A DNA stretch of 64,000 nucleotides. Source: an uncultured delta proteobacterium (GTDB lineage Bacteria; Myxococcota; Myxococcia; Myxococcales; Myxococcaceae). The stretch spans positions 1,856,001 to 1,920,000 of the forward strand of contig CAWCKH010000004.1 of the NCBI GenBank assembly GCA_963796055.1, given 5' to 3'. Below the pieces are notes generated by a model. It saw nothing but the letters and a program-made list of their open reading frames with translations, ran no database searches and had not been told where the DNA came from. Of this stretch, positions 42,473 through 52,705 are shown in pieces. The position numbers were made by a program, and so were the translations under genes. Every line of letters starts with the position of its first letter. Position 1 is the first letter of the stretch.

Positions 42473-43839
42473 CAGAGCCTCTCGCGCAGGAAGGGAGTGA
42501 GCCGCGCGGCGACCAGCGCCCGTGCCCGCCCCAGGTCGACCTCGGCCGGCGAGGCCACGCCCTCGGCCAGCTCGGACACGATGCCCGAAGCGATACGACC
42601 GGCGTCGTAGGCCACCCGGTAGGGCGTCCGACTGAAGGTCACCATCGCGTAGCGGGAGACGAACTCGCCGGGCAGCTCGGCCAGGAGCCGCTTCTCGATG
42701 GCCTTCTCCAGCCGGAAGCGCGGGTCGGCGGTGCTGGCGCGCATCTCGACGAAGTTCTCCACCGCCATGTCGGCGATGGCGTCGGCGTTGGGCCTTCGCA
42801 GCCGCTCGAACCGGGCGAAGACCTCGCCCCGCGCGGCGCCCTCGGCCTCCAGCTCGTCCAGCACCACGCAGTCCTCGAAGCCGCAGTTCATGCCCTGGCC
42901 GAAGAAAGGGACGATGGCGTGGGCTGCGTCTCCGAGCAGCAGGGCTGTGTGGCCGGCGTGCCACGCCGAACACTTGACGGTGACCATCGACCCGGTCGGA
43001 TTGCCGGCGAACTGGGCCTCCAGGTCCGTGAGCATCGGCTCGATGTCCGCGAAGTACTCCCGGAAGAACGCCCGAACCGCCCCCGGAGCCTCCAGGGTGG
43101 CGAAGCTCGGGGAGCCCTCGAAGGCGAGGAACAGGGTGCAGGTGAAGCTCCCGTCCTCGTTGGGGAGGGCGATGAGCATGAAGTCGCCACGCGGCCAGAT
43201 GTGCAGCGCGTTCCGCTCCAGCCGCCACCCGCCTTCCGCGGCGGCGGGCAGGGTGAGCTCCTTGTAGCCGTGGTCGAGCAGCGTCTCGGTCGAGGTGCCG
43301 CCGCGGGCCTCCACCACTGCGCGGCGCACCGCCGAGCCCGCCCCGTCGGTGCCGTACACCACCGCGCCCTCGACGTGCTGGGTGTGCCCGCCGTCGACCT
43401 CGACCGTGAGCTCGCGGCGCGCGGGGTCGAGCGCCAGCACCCGCCGCCGGAACGACAGGCGCACCCGGCCGGTCTGCTCGGCGGCATCGAGCAGCATCCG
43501 GTTGAGCAGCCCGCGGGAGATGGAGTGGATGCACTGGCTGTCGTCCTTCCCGTACGCCTGGAAGGTGAGGCCCCCGTCGAGGCCATGGATCATCCGGCCC
43601 GGCATGGGGATGGCGTGGGCGAGCGCATCCTGCTCCAGACCGACATGGGCGAGGGCGTGGAGCCCGCGAACGCTGATTGCCAGATTGATGCTCCGGCCGG
43701 CGGAGATCTGCTCGCGCCGCATGTCCGGCCGCCGCTCGAAGAGCTCCACCGCCTTCCCCCGCCGGGCGAGGAAGAGCGCCAGGAGCGAGCCGACCAGGCC
43801 CGCACCGGCCAGGACCGTCCGCTCACCCCCCCTGGACAT
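42472..43839 (-). CDS. kmo: Kynurenine 3-monooxygenase
   Basis: GAGLVGSL, GRSINLAISVRG, GYKELTLP, LHIWPR, GDAAHAIVPFFGQGMN. Confidence 0.95.
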   Translation of the reverse strand: MSRGGERTVLAGAGLVGSLLALFLARRGKAVELFERRPDMRREQISAGRSINLAISVRGLHALAHVGLEQDALAHAIPMPGRMIHGLDGGLTFQAYGKDDSQCIHSISRGLLNRMLLDAAEQTGRVRLSFRRRVLALDPARRELTVEVDGGHTQHVEGAVVYGTDGAGSAVRRAVVEARGGTSTETLLDHGYKELTLPAAAEGGWRLERNALHIWPRGDFMLIALPNEDGSFTCTLFLAFEGSPSFATLEAPGAVRAFFREYFADIEPMLTDLEAQFAGNPTGSMVTVKCSAWHAGHTALLLGDAAHAIVPFFGQGMNCGFEDCVVLDELEAEGAARGEVFARFERLRRPNADAIADMAVENFVEMRASTADPRFRLEKAIEKRLLAELPGEFVSRYAMVTFSRTPYRVAYDAGRIASGIVSELAEGVASPAEVDLGRARALVAARLTPFLRERL

Positions 43840-45091
43840 GGCCCCGGAGCACCTCGGCAAAGCGCACCACGTCGGCGAAGCCCGTGTAGAAGGGCGCGGG
43901 CGCGGCGCGGAGGATGTCCGGGGCGCGGAAGTCGCAGACCACTCCCGCCACCGCCAGGCGCTCCACCAGTCCGCGGGGGTCGTGGCCGATGCGCAGGGAC
44001 AGCTGCGCCCCGCGCTGGGCCGGGTCGTCAGGGGTGATGATCTCCACTCCCGGCATCCCCCGCACCAGCTGGTCCATGAGGCCGGTGAGCCGCTCGGACT
44101 TGCGCCCGAGCGCGGTCATCCCCACCGCGTCGAACAGCTCCATCGACGCCCGGAGCGCCGCCATGGAGAGGATCGGCGGATTCGACAGCTGCCATCCCTC
44201 GGCGCCCGGCATCCCCTGGAACCGCGGCCCCATCTCGAACCGGGTGGCCTCGTCGTGCCCCCACCAGCCCTCGAAGCGGGGCAGGTCCCGGCCGTCGTGG
44301 TGCCGCGCATGGACGAACACTCCACCGAGCGCGCCCGGTCCCCCGTTGAGGTACTTGTACGAGCACCACACGGCGAAGTCCGGTCCGTCGTCGTGCAGAT
44401 GGAAGACCAGGTTGCCCGCGCCGTGCGCGAGGTCGAAGCCGACCGTCGCCCCCACTGCGTGCCCCGCGCGGGTGACGGCCCCGACGTCGAAGGCCTGCCC
44501 GGTGAGGTAGTTCACGTTGCCGATCAGCACCAGCGCCAGCCGCTCGCCTTCCCGGGCGATGGCCTGGAGCAGATCCTCGGGCCGGAGCACGTCCTCTCCG
44601 GCCCGCGGCGCGAGCGGTACCAGCGCCTCTGCCGGATCGAATCCGTGGAAGCGGACCTGGCTGGCGAGCGCGTACCGGTCGGAGGGAAAGGCGCTGCCCT
44701 CGTGGAGGATGCGGTGACGCCCGGCGGTGGGCCGGTAGAAGGACACCAGCAGCAGATGCAGGTTGACGGTGAGGGTGTTCATCACCACCACCTCGTCGGG
44801 CTGGGCCCCGACGAGGCGCGCGGTGGGCGCGGTGAGGAAGCGGTGGTACGGAAGCCAGGGGGAGTCGCCTTCCAGGTGTCCCTCGACCCCGCGCCGGGCC
44901 CAGTCGTCCAGCACCTCCTCCACCCGTGCCCGCGCCGTCCGGGGCTGCAACCCGAGCGAGTTCCCGGTCAGGTACACCAGCGGCGCACCGTCCTGCCCTC
45001 TCGGGAGCAGGAAGGCGTCCCGCATCGGGCCCAGCGCATCACGTGCGTCGTGGTCCTCGGCGAGCCGCCGGCCTTCCTCGATGCTCAGCAT
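43823..45091 (-). CDS. kynU: Kynureninase
   Basis: YLTGNSLGLQP, MNTLTVNLHL, AFPSDRY, DLAHGAGN, WCSYKYLNGGPG, GWWG. Confidence 0.96.
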   Translation of the reverse strand: MLSIEEGRRLAEDHDARDALGPMRDAFLLPRGQDGAPLVYLTGNSLGLQPRTARARVEEVLDDWARRGVEGHLEGDSPWLPYHRFLTAPTARLVGAQPDEVVVMNTLTVNLHLLLVSFYRPTAGRHRILHEGSAFPSDRYALASQVRFHGFDPAEALVPLAPRAGEDVLRPEDLLQAIAREGERLALVLIGNVNYLTGQAFDVGAVTRAGHAVGATVGFDLAHGAGNLVFHLHDDGPDFAVWCSYKYLNGGPGALGGVFVHARHHDGRDLPRFEGWWGHDEATRFEMGPRFQGMPGAEGWQLSNPPILSMAALRASMELFDAVGMTALGRKSERLTGLMDQLVRGMPGVEIITPDDPAQRGAQLSLRIGHDPRGLVERLAVAGVVCDFRAPDILRAAPAPFYTGFADVVRFAEVLRGHVQGG

Positions 45092-46086
45092 GGCCGGCCC
45101 AGCCAGCGGAGCGCGTTTTCCCCCAGGAGCCGCGCCCGGGGGTTGGCGAGCTCGGGAACGGAGCGGATCAGCGCCCCCGGCTCGGGCTCGCCGAGCGGGA
45201 AGGGGTAGTCGCTCCCCAGCATCACCCGGTCCTCGCCGAAGAGCTTCACGATGAGCCGGAGCATGTCCGCATCGTGCACCAGGCTGTCCACCCAGAACCG
45301 CCCCAGGTAGGCCCGCGGGGGGACCGGGTTGTCCACCGCCACCAGATCGGGCCGGCAGTCGAACCCGTGCTGGATGCGACCCAGCGTCCCGGGAAAGGCG
45401 CCGCCGCCGTGGGCGAAGGCCACCCGGAGCGTGGGGAGCCGCTCCAGCACCCCGCCGAAGATGAGCGAGCAAATGGCCAGCGAGACCTCCGCGGGCATCC
45501 CCACCAGCCAGGGAAGCCAGTACTTCCGCATCCGCGCCTCGCCCATCATGTCCCAGGGATGGACGAAGACCGCGGCGCCCAGCTCGGCGGCGGCGACGAA
45601 CACCTCGAAGAGCGCCGGGTCGCTCAGGTTCCACTCGTTGACGTGGCTGCCGATCTGCACCCCGGCCAGGCCGAGGGACTTCACGCAGCGCTCCAGCTCG
45701 CGCACCGCCAGCGCGGGGGCCTGCATCGGCAAGGTCCCCAGACCCACGAAGCGCGCGGGCGCGCCGGCCACCACCGAGGCGAGGTGGTCGTTGAGGAACC
45801 GCGCCACCTCGGCGCCGTCCTCCGGCCTGGCCCAGTACGAGAACATCACCGGCACCGTCGAGAGCACCTGCACGTCCACCCCGGCGAGGTCGCAGTCGGC
45901 CAGCCGCGCGGCGGGCGCCCAGAGGTTCTCCTCCACCTCACGGAAGGGCTGTCCGTCGTCCCTCACCATCCGCGCGCGACAGGGCCCGGTGTGCTCGAGG
46001 CCGACGAAGCCGCCGTAGCCGAAGCGCTCCTTCCAGCGGGGCAGCTCGGGCGGAAGCAGGTGGGTGTGAACGTCGACGACCGGCAT
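45085..46086 (-). CDS. nbaD: Aminocarboxymuconate-semialdehyde decarboxylase (ACMSD)
   Basis: DVHTH, STVPVMFSYW, FVHPWDM, WLPWLVGMPAE, AHGGG, GSDYPFPLGE. Confidence 0.93.
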   Translation of the reverse strand: MPVVDVHTHLLPPELPRWKERFGYGGFVGLEHTGPCRARMVRDDGQPFREVEENLWAPAARLADCDLAGVDVQVLSTVPVMFSYWARPEDGAEVARFLNDHLASVVAGAPARFVGLGTLPMQAPALAVRELERCVKSLGLAGVQIGSHVNEWNLSDPALFEVFVAAAELGAAVFVHPWDMMGEARMRKYWLPWLVGMPAEVSLAICSLIFGGVLERLPTLRVAFAHGGGAFPGTLGRIQHGFDCRPDLVAVDNPVPPRAYLGRFWVDSLVHDADMLRLIVKLFGEDRVMLGSDYPFPLGEPEPGALIRSVPELANPRARLLGENALRWLGRPC

Positions 46087-46100
46087 TCGGCGTTTCGGTT

Positions 46101-46613
46101 TCAGGCGCGGGTGGCGCGCGTCCCGCACTTGCTGCAAGTTCTGGCCTTCTCGTCGCCGTAGAAGTGGTCGAACACCGGGGGCAGCTGCCGGACGATGTCG
46201 GTCAGGTGGATCGACTCTCGGTAGAGCTCGTTCCCGCATTTCTCGCAGACCCAGAGGAACGAGTCCTTCTCGTGCGGCAGCCGGCGGCGCTCGAGCACCA
46301 GCCCGATGGTGTTCGGAGGCCGCTGGGGCGAGTGGGGGACGTTGGGCGGAAGGAGGAAGATCTCCCCCTCCCGGATGGGAATGACTTCCCGCTGGCCGTC
46401 GACCAGGACGTGGAGGGCGATGTCCCCCTCGAGCTGGTAGAAGAACTCCTCGCCCTCGTTGACGTGGAAGTCGCGCCGCGCGTTCGGACCACCCACCACG
46501 GTGACCATGAACTCGCGGTCGGCCCAGATCTGCTGGTTGCCCACCGGGGGTTTCAGCAGATGCCGGTGCTCGTCGATCCACTTCTTGAAGTTGAGCGCTT
46601 GCAGCCTGGGCAT
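46101..46613 (-). CDS. nbaC: 3-hydroxyanthranilate 3,4-dioxygenase
   Basis: LKPPVGN, VGGPNARRDFHVNEGEEFFYQ, HSPQRP, two CxxC. Confidence 0.96.
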   Translation of the reverse strand: MPRLQALNFKKWIDEHRHLLKPPVGNQQIWADREFMVTVVGGPNARRDFHVNEGEEFFYQLEGDIALHVLVDGQREVIPIREGEIFLLPPNVPHSPQRPPNTIGLVLERRRLPHEKDSFLWVCEKCGNELYRESIHLTDIVRQLPPVFDHFYGDEKARTCSKCGTRATRA

Positions 46614-46615
46614 GT

Positions 46616-47035
46616 TCACTCCGGCATCGTGGCGATGCACTTCAGCTCGATGGCGATGGGCGTGGGGAGACGCGTCACCTCCACCGTGGTCCGGCACGGC
46701 TGGGCGTCCTTGAAGTACTCCGCCCAGAGCCGGTTGTAGACCGCGAAGTCGCTCTCCATGTCGGTGAGGAACACCGTCACGTCCACCAGGCGGTCCCAGG
46801 TGGTGCCTGCGTCCTCGAGGATGGCCCGAACGTTCTCGAACACGCTCTTGCACTGGATGGCGATGTCGTGATCGGTGACGTTGCCCTGCGCGTCCAGGGT
46901 CACCCCCGGGATGTCGTGGCTGCCGCGAACGCGCGGGCCGATCCCCGAGAGGAAGAGCAGATTGCCCACCCGGCGGGCATGGGGGAAGGCGCCCACCGGG
47001 GGCGCGGCGCGCTGCGAGGTCACTCGGTCCGGCAT
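46616..47035 (-). CDS. RidA family protein, probable 2-aminomuconate deaminase
   Basis: LLFLSGIGPR, VDVTVFL, PCRTTVEV, PTPIAIELK; operon context. Confidence 0.88.
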   Translation of the reverse strand: MPDRVTSQRAAPPVGAFPHARRVGNLLFLSGIGPRVRGSHDIPGVTLDAQGNVTDHDIAIQCKSVFENVRAILEDAGTTWDRLVDVTVFLTDMESDFAVYNRLWAEYFKDAQPCRTTVEVTRLPTPIAIELKCIATMPE

Positions 47036-47041
47036 GGGCCT

Positions 47042-48493
47042 TCAACCTCCGTGCAGGTGGATGCAGATGTTCTGGGGCTCGGTGAAGAAGCGAAGCGCTT
47101 CCTGGCCGCCCTCGCGGCCCAGGCCCGAATCCTTCATCCCCCCGAAGGGGGTGCGCAGGTCGCGGAGCATCCAGGTGTTCACCCAGACGATGCCGCTCTG
47201 CAGCCCGGCGGCGAACCGGTGGGCGCGGGTCAGGTCGGCTGTCCACACCGAGGCGGCGAGGCCGTAGCGAACTCCGTTGGCGGCCTGGAGAACCTCCTCC
47301 TCGGAGTCGAACGGCATCAGGGCCGCCACCGGGCCGAAGATCTCCTCCTGGTTGGACCGGCACCCGGGGTCGAGCCCCTCGACCAGGGTGGGCTCCACGA
47401 ACCAGCCCTCGCGGCAGCGGCCACCGACCTCGGCCCGCCTGCCCCCGGTGAGGAACCGGCCGCCCTCCTCGCGGGCCAGAGCGAGGTAGCCGAGCACCTT
47501 GTCCAGGTGGGCCCGGCTGACCAGCGCCCCCTGCTCGGTCTCGGGCAGGAGCGGATCGCCGAGCTTGAGGGCCCGGGTGCGCTCCACCAGGGCGTCGCGC
47601 ACCCGGCCGTAGACGCTCCGCTCCACGAAGATGCGCGGACAGCAGAGGCAGATCTCACCCTGGTTGGAGAAGGACGAGCGCACGGTGGTGGCCACCGCCG
47701 ATTCCAGATCCGCGTCGGCGAAGATGACCACCGGGTTCTTTCCCCCCATCTCCAGCGAGAGCTTCTTGAACTGCGGTGCGGCGGTGCGGGCGATCTCCGC
47801 GCCGGTGCGTGTGCTGCCGGTGAAGGAGATGGCCTTCACCTCCGGATGGCGCGATAGGGCGTCGCCCACCTTGGGGCCCAGCCCCTGCACGATGTTCAGC
47901 ACCCCCGGCGGCAGCCCGGCCTCGAGCGCGATGCGTCCGAGCCAGTGGGCGGTGATCGGCGTCACCTCGGACGGCTTGGCCACCACCGTGTTGCCCACCG
48001 CGAGAGCGGGCGCCACCTTCCAGGTCAAGAGGTACAGCGGGAGGTTCCAGGGCGAGATGGTGCCCACCACCCCCAGCGGATGCCGCAGCGTGTAATTCAG
48101 CGCGTGCGAATCCATGGGATGGCACTCGCTGGAGAGCTGGGTGGCGGCGTCGGCGAAGAACTCGAAGTTCAGGATGGCTCGGGGGATGTCGACCTCGGTG
48201 GCCACCGAGACGGGCTTCCCGCTGTCCACCGACTCGGCGCGGGCCAGCTCGAGCAGCGCCAGGCGCAGACCCTCGGCCACCTTGCGTAGCAGGCGGCTCC
48301 GGACCGGGGCCGGCGTGGCGCTCCAGGCCGGAAATGCGCGCCGGGCGGCCTCGACCGCCTGGGCCACGTCCAGGGCGTCCGAATCGGGCAAGGTTCCCAG
48401 CGGTCCGCCGGTGGCGGGCTCCCAGTTGGGGAGCGTCGCCCCGGAAACCGCCGGAACCTCGCGACCGTCGATGACGTTGAGGACGCCGTCCAT
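47042..48493 (-). CDS. 2-aminomuconate 6-semialdehyde dehydrogenase
   Basis: ISPWNLPLYLLTWK, FTGST, LEMGGKN, NQGEICLC, EEIFGP, LRDLRTPFGG. Confidence 0.9.
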   Translation of the reverse strand: MDGVLNVIDGREVPAVSGATLPNWEPATGGPLGTLPDSDALDVAQAVEAARRAFPAWSATPAPVRSRLLRKVAEGLRLALLELARAESVDSGKPVSVATEVDIPRAILNFEFFADAATQLSSECHPMDSHALNYTLRHPLGVVGTISPWNLPLYLLTWKVAPALAVGNTVVAKPSEVTPITAHWLGRIALEAGLPPGVLNIVQGLGPKVGDALSRHPEVKAISFTGSTRTGAEIARTAAPQFKKLSLEMGGKNPVVIFADADLESAVATTVRSSFSNQGEICLCCPRIFVERSVYGRVRDALVERTRALKLGDPLLPETEQGALVSRAHLDKVLGYLALAREEGGRFLTGGRRAEVGGRCREGWFVEPTLVEGLDPGCRSNQEEIFGPVAALMPFDSEEEVLQAANGVRYGLAASVWTADLTRAHRFAAGLQSGIVWVNTWMLRDLRTPFGGMKDSGLGREGGQEALRFFTEPQNICIHLHGG

Positions 48494-48569
48494 GAAGCCT
48501 CCGCCTCTCCTAGTATGCGCCACCCGGGCCGGCGCCGGGGGACCGGGCGGTGGGCGGAGGAACGTGAGA

Positions 48570-49340
48570 ATGGACATCGAGCGCCTGGCGGGTCATCTGG
48601 ACGACGCGCGGCGGCACGGCCGGGAGGTGGAGCGGCTGACGCTCGAGGCCCCGGACCTGGACCTCGCCCAGGCCTACCAGGTGATGGACGCGGGCATCGC
48701 CCTGCGCATGGCCCGCGGCGAGCGGGTCATCGGGATGAAGATGGGGCTCACCTCGGAGGCCAAGCGCCGCCAGATGTCGCTCGATGCGCCGATCTACGGC
48801 GTGCTGACCGACGCCATGGTGGTCCAGGGCACCTTCCATCTCCGGGGCACCTTGCATCCGAAGATCGAGCCCGAGGTCGCCTTCCGCTTCGCCCGCGGCC
48901 TCGCCGGGACGCCGGACCGGTCGGCTGTGCTCTCGGCGTGCACCGCGGTGGGCCCGGCCTTGGAGATCCTCGACTCGCGCTACCGCGACTTCAAGTACTT
49001 CAGCCTCCCGGACGTGGTGGCGGACAATGCGTCGTCCTCGCACGTCGTGCTCCCCGAGCGCTGGGTGGAGATCGAGGGTCGGGACACCTCGCGGGTGGAG
49101 CTGGTGATGTTCGTCGACGGGACGCCCCGACAGCGGGCGACGGGGGCGGCCATCTCCGGGGACCCGGTGCTGTCGGTGGTGCAGCTGTGCGCGCTGCTGA
49201 CCGCACGGGGCCGCTCGGTCCCGGCCGGGAGCGTGGTGCTGGCCGGGGCGGCCACCGTCGCCGAGCCGCTCGTGGCCGGGATGGAGGTCCGGCTGGACGC
49301 GGGGTGGCTGGGGAGCACGTCGGTGCGGGTCGAGCCGTGA
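48570..49340 (+). CDS. 4-oxalocrotonate decarboxylase / 2-keto-4-pentenoate hydratase family
   Basis: KMGLTSEAK, HPKIEPEVAF, LEILDSRY, DVVADNASS; divergent from the kynurenine operon. Confidence 0.88.
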   Translation: MDIERLAGHLDDARRHGREVERLTLEAPDLDLAQAYQVMDAGIALRMARGERVIGMKMGLTSEAKRRQMSLDAPIYGVLTDAMVVQGTFHLRGTLHPKIEPEVAFRFARGLAGTPDRSAVLSACTAVGPALEILDSRYRDFKYFSLPDVVADNASSSHVVLPERWVEIEGRDTSRVELVMFVDGTPRQRATGAAISGDPVLSVVQLCALLTARGRSVPAGSVVLAGAATVAEPLVAGMEVRLDAGWLGSTSVRVEP

Positions 49341-49723
49341 CCCGCCGCCGCCGCACCCTGGCGGTGGTCTCGGCCACGGTGGGCACCGCGCTGCTCGCCG
49401 GGTCGTTCGTGCTCATGTCCCGTGCGGAGGCGCCGCCCTGGGCGATGCTCGCCTGGGGTGCGGTGGCCCTGGTGGCCGTGGCGGCGTTCCTCGCCCGCTT
49501 CCGGGTCGATCGGGTGCACGAGGCGCTGTTCCTCGCCTCGCTGGTCGCGCTCGGGCAGACCTTGGCGCTGCACGCGGTGCTGATGGTCCTGCTCGGAGCG
49601 CGGCTTCCCCCGGCGCCGACGGTGCTCCGGCACCTGGTTGCCTTCGGGTTGCTGGACGCGCTCACCCTGGTGGCGGCGACGCTCGCCGGGCACTGGTTCC
49701 CGCAGCGGCCGCCGAGCCGCTAG
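49337..49723 (+). CDS. Small hypothetical membrane protein (about 4 TM)
   Basis: GTGA overlap with upstream gene; hydrophobic helices. Confidence 0.55.
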   Translation: MTRRRRTLAVVSATVGTALLAGSFVLMSRAEAPPWAMLAWGAVALVAVAAFLARFRVDRVHEALFLASLVALGQTLALHAVLMVLLGARLPPAPTVLRHLVAFGLLDALTLVAATLAGHWFPQRPPSR

Positions 49724-50634
49724 GAGCCGCGCGGCTGCTGCTGGGCCGCATCGAGGGTGAGCAGATCCTGCTCGAGCTGGCGGCGGCCGGTGACGTCGCT
49801 GAAGAAGACGTACAGCCCGCGCGCCGAGGGGACCGCGGTCACGCCGTACCAGCTCCCGCCGTTTGGCGCCCGGTCCTCGACGACGCGCAGGTACCCATCG
49901 GCGAGCGCCTCCTCGAAGGCCCGATGGAACGCCGTCCCCTGCAGCTCGGGGAACACCTCCCACAGCTCACGGCCGATGACCTCGGAGCGGGTGCGCTCCA
50001 GCATCCGCTCGGCGGCGGGGTTCCAGTGGGTGATGCGCCACTCCCGGTCCAGACCGCAGCACCCCTCGGGATTGGCCCGGAGCCAGCGATCCAGATCGGC
50101 GCGGGCGATGAGGGCGGCGGTCTCGGCCTCGACCTGGGTGGTGATGTCCGCGACGTAGGAGAGGATCATCGGAGGCTGTCCGGGTCGCCCGCCGATGGCG
50201 ATCCGCGTCCACTCGCAATGGCGAATGTCACCGGACCGGGTCCGGTTCCGGTTGCGGTGCACGAGGTGCCGATCGTGACCGGAGCGCAGGCGGTCGAGGA
50301 CCGCATCGACGAAGGGAAGGTCCGACTCGTGGACCAGCTCGAGCCCGTCGATGTGGCTGCCGAGCACCTCCGCCGCGGTCCAGCCGAACAATCGCTCGGC
50401 GGCGCCGGCCCACAGCCGGATCGTCCCCGCCGTATCCGTCTCGATCACCGCGACCGGCAGCGCCTCGAGATGTTCGAGGAGCGGATTGCCCTCGGGGGAC
50501 ATCTGGCTGAGGCGCGCGGGGGCCATTGCTGATCGCGCGGGATAATCGGTGGGGGGGCTGTCATCGGCCTGGACCGAACTGCGGGCGGCGTCCGTATCGA
50601 ACATCTCAGAGCTTTTCGGCTTTCTCACGAACAT
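49720..50634 (-). CDS. Tandem PAS-domain protein
   Basis: WAGAAERLFGWTAAEVLG and WNPAAERMLERTRSEVIG..VFPE; start uncertain. Confidence 0.82.
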   Translation of the reverse strand: MFVRKPKSSEMFDTDAARSSVQADDSPPTDYPARSAMAPARLSQMSPEGNPLLEHLEALPVAVIETDTAGTIRLWAGAAERLFGWTAAEVLGSHIDGLELVHESDLPFVDAVLDRLRSGHDRHLVHRNRNRTRSGDIRHCEWTRIAIGGRPGQPPMILSYVADITTQVEAETAALIARADLDRWLRANPEGCCGLDREWRITHWNPAAERMLERTRSEVIGRELWEVFPELQGTAFHRAFEEALADGYLRVVEDRAPNGGSWYGVTAVPSARGLYVFFSDVTGRRQLEQDLLTLDAAQQQPRGS

Positions 50635-50646
50635 GGAAAACTCCAG

Positions 50647-51715
50647 CTAGAACGCTCGGAGGTACTGCACCGGGACGCGCCGCGCCTCGGGGCGCCCCAG
50701 CTCCTCGGCGGCGTGCAGGGCCCAGTACGGGTCCCGCAGCATCGCGCGGGCGAGCATGACGAGATTCTGCGTCCCCGGCGCGGACGATCCCGTCGGCCTG
50801 GGCGGGGGTGTTGATGAGCCCCACCGCCGCGGTGGGCACCCGGGCCTCGGCGCGAATGCGTCGTGCGAAGGGGACCTGGTAGCCGGGCACCGCCTCGATG
50901 CGCGCGTAGGGCACGAGGCCGCCCGAGCTGCAGTCGACGAGGTCCACGCCCTCGGCGCCGAGCCGCCGCGCCAGCTCCACGCTCTCGTCCAGCGTCCAGC
51001 CGCCTTCCACCCAGTCGGTGCACGACAGCCGCGCGAGCAGCGGCAGCCGCTCCGGCCATTCGGCGCGGACCGCCCGGGTGATCTCCAGCGCCAGGCGGGT
51101 CCGCTGCTCGAAGCCGCCTCCGTAGCCGTCCTCTCGCCGGTTGGACAGCGGAGAGAGGAACTCGTGCACCAGGTACCCGTGGGCGAAGTGCAGCTCGACC
51201 AGGCGGAAACCCGCGGCCAGCGACCGGCGGGCCGCCGCGGCGAATGCCCGGATCACCTCGCCGATGTCCTCGAGCGACATCGCCCGCGGCACGACCGTGC
51301 GCTCGGAGAAGGGAATCGCGCTGGGGGCGATCGGCTGCCACCCGCCTTCCTCTGGCGGCACACCGGTGCCACCCTCCCAGGGCACGCGGGTGCTCGCCTT
51401 GCGTCCGGCGTGGGCCAGCTGCACGCCGGGCACCGCGCCGTGCGCGTCGAGGAAGCGAACGATGCGCGAGAGCGGCTCGAGGTGAGCGTCCTTCCACAGC
51501 CCCAGGTCCGCGGCGGTGATGCGACCGCGCGCCTCGACCGCGGTGGCCTCGGCGACGACCAGGCCGGCCCCACCCACCGCACGCGACCCGAGGTGGACCA
51601 GGTGCCAGTCGTTGGCGAAGCCATCGTCCGCGCTGTACTCGCACATCGGCGAGACACCGACGCGGTTGGAGAGGGTGACGGAGCGGAGGGTCAGCGGCTC
51701 GAAGAGGTGGGCCAC
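50647..51715 (-). CDS. NADH:flavin oxidoreductase (YqjM/NamA-like) with a +1 frameshift near 50765
   Basis: SPMCEYSA, QLAHAGRK, HFAHGYL; removing one base restores DLVMLARAMLRDPYWALHAA...PVQYLRAF-stop. Confidence 0.9.
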
Positions 51716-51742
51716 CGCCAGGACGTAATCCCGGCGCTCGGC

Positions 51743-52705
51743 TCAGGCCACCCGGTCCGGGGCGGGCCTGCCCGAGAGGACCGCGTCGACGTTGTCCAGC
51801 GCCCGGAATCCCATCGCTTCCCGGGTCTCGATGGTCGCGCTGCCCATGTGTGGCAGGAGGAAGGTGTTCTCCAGCCCGCGGTAGCCGGGATGGAGCGCCG
51901 GCTCGCCCTGGAACACGTCCAGCCCGGCGGCCCCCACCTGACCCGAACGCAGGGCCGAGATCAGCGCCTCGTCGTCCACCAGGTCCCCCCGGGCGGTGTT
52001 CACCACGATGGCCCCGCGGGGAAGCAGCGCCAGCCGGTGCGCGTCGAGCAGATGCCGCGTCTCCGGCGTCGACGGCGCATGCAGCGAGAGCAGCTCGCTC
52101 AGCGGCAGCAGCTCCTCCACGGTGGGGTGGAAGACGGCGCCCTCCTCGCGCTCGGGCGGCAGCCGCCGCTGGTCGGTGTAGTGGATCTCCACCCCGAAGC
52201 CCCGGGCACGCCGGGCCATGGCCTGACCGATGCGACCCATCCCCACGATGCCCAGGCGCTTGCCGCTCAGCTGACGCCCCATGAGCTGCGTGGGCGCCCA
52301 CCCGGTCCAGCCGCCCGAGCGCAGCAACGCCTGTCCCTCGTACGCGCGCCGCGCCGCCCCGAGCAGCAGGAGCAGCGCGATCTCCGCGGTGGCGTCGGTC
52401 AGCACCTCGGGGGTGTTGGTCACCACCAGTCCCCGGGCCCGCGCCGTGTCCAGGTCGAGATGCTCGGTGCCTACCCCGAAGCTGGCCACGATGCGGATCC
52501 GCGCCGGGAGTCTCAGCAGGACGCCGGCGTTCATCCGGTCCGCCACGGTGCACACCACCGCGTCCACGTCCTGGCTCCGGGCGACGAGCTCGTCGGCGAC
52601 CAGGGGCCGGTCCTCGGGATTGGCGATCAGCCGGTAGTCGCGGGCCGCGCGGCGCTCGACCGCCTCGGGCAACCTCCGGGTGAAGAGGACCGCGTGCTCA
52701 GTCAT
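51743..52705 (-). CDS. D-isomer 2-hydroxyacid dehydrogenase (glyoxylate reductase-like)
   Basis: NTPEVLTDATAE, GMGRIG, NTARG, GLDVF, LPHMGSAT. Confidence 0.93.
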   Translation of the reverse strand: MTEHAVLFTRRLPEAVERRAARDYRLIANPEDRPLVADELVARSQDVDAVVCTVADRMNAGVLLRLPARIRIVASFGVGTEHLDLDTARARGLVVTNTPEVLTDATAEIALLLLLGAARRAYEGQALLRSGGWTGWAPTQLMGRQLSGKRLGIVGMGRIGQAMARRARGFGVEIHYTDQRRLPPEREEGAVFHPTVEELLPLSELLSLHAPSTPETRHLLDAHRLALLPRGAIVVNTARGDLVDDEALISALRSGQVGAAGLDVFQGEPALHPGYRGLENTFLLPHMGSATIETREAMGFRALDNVDAVLSGRPAPDRVA

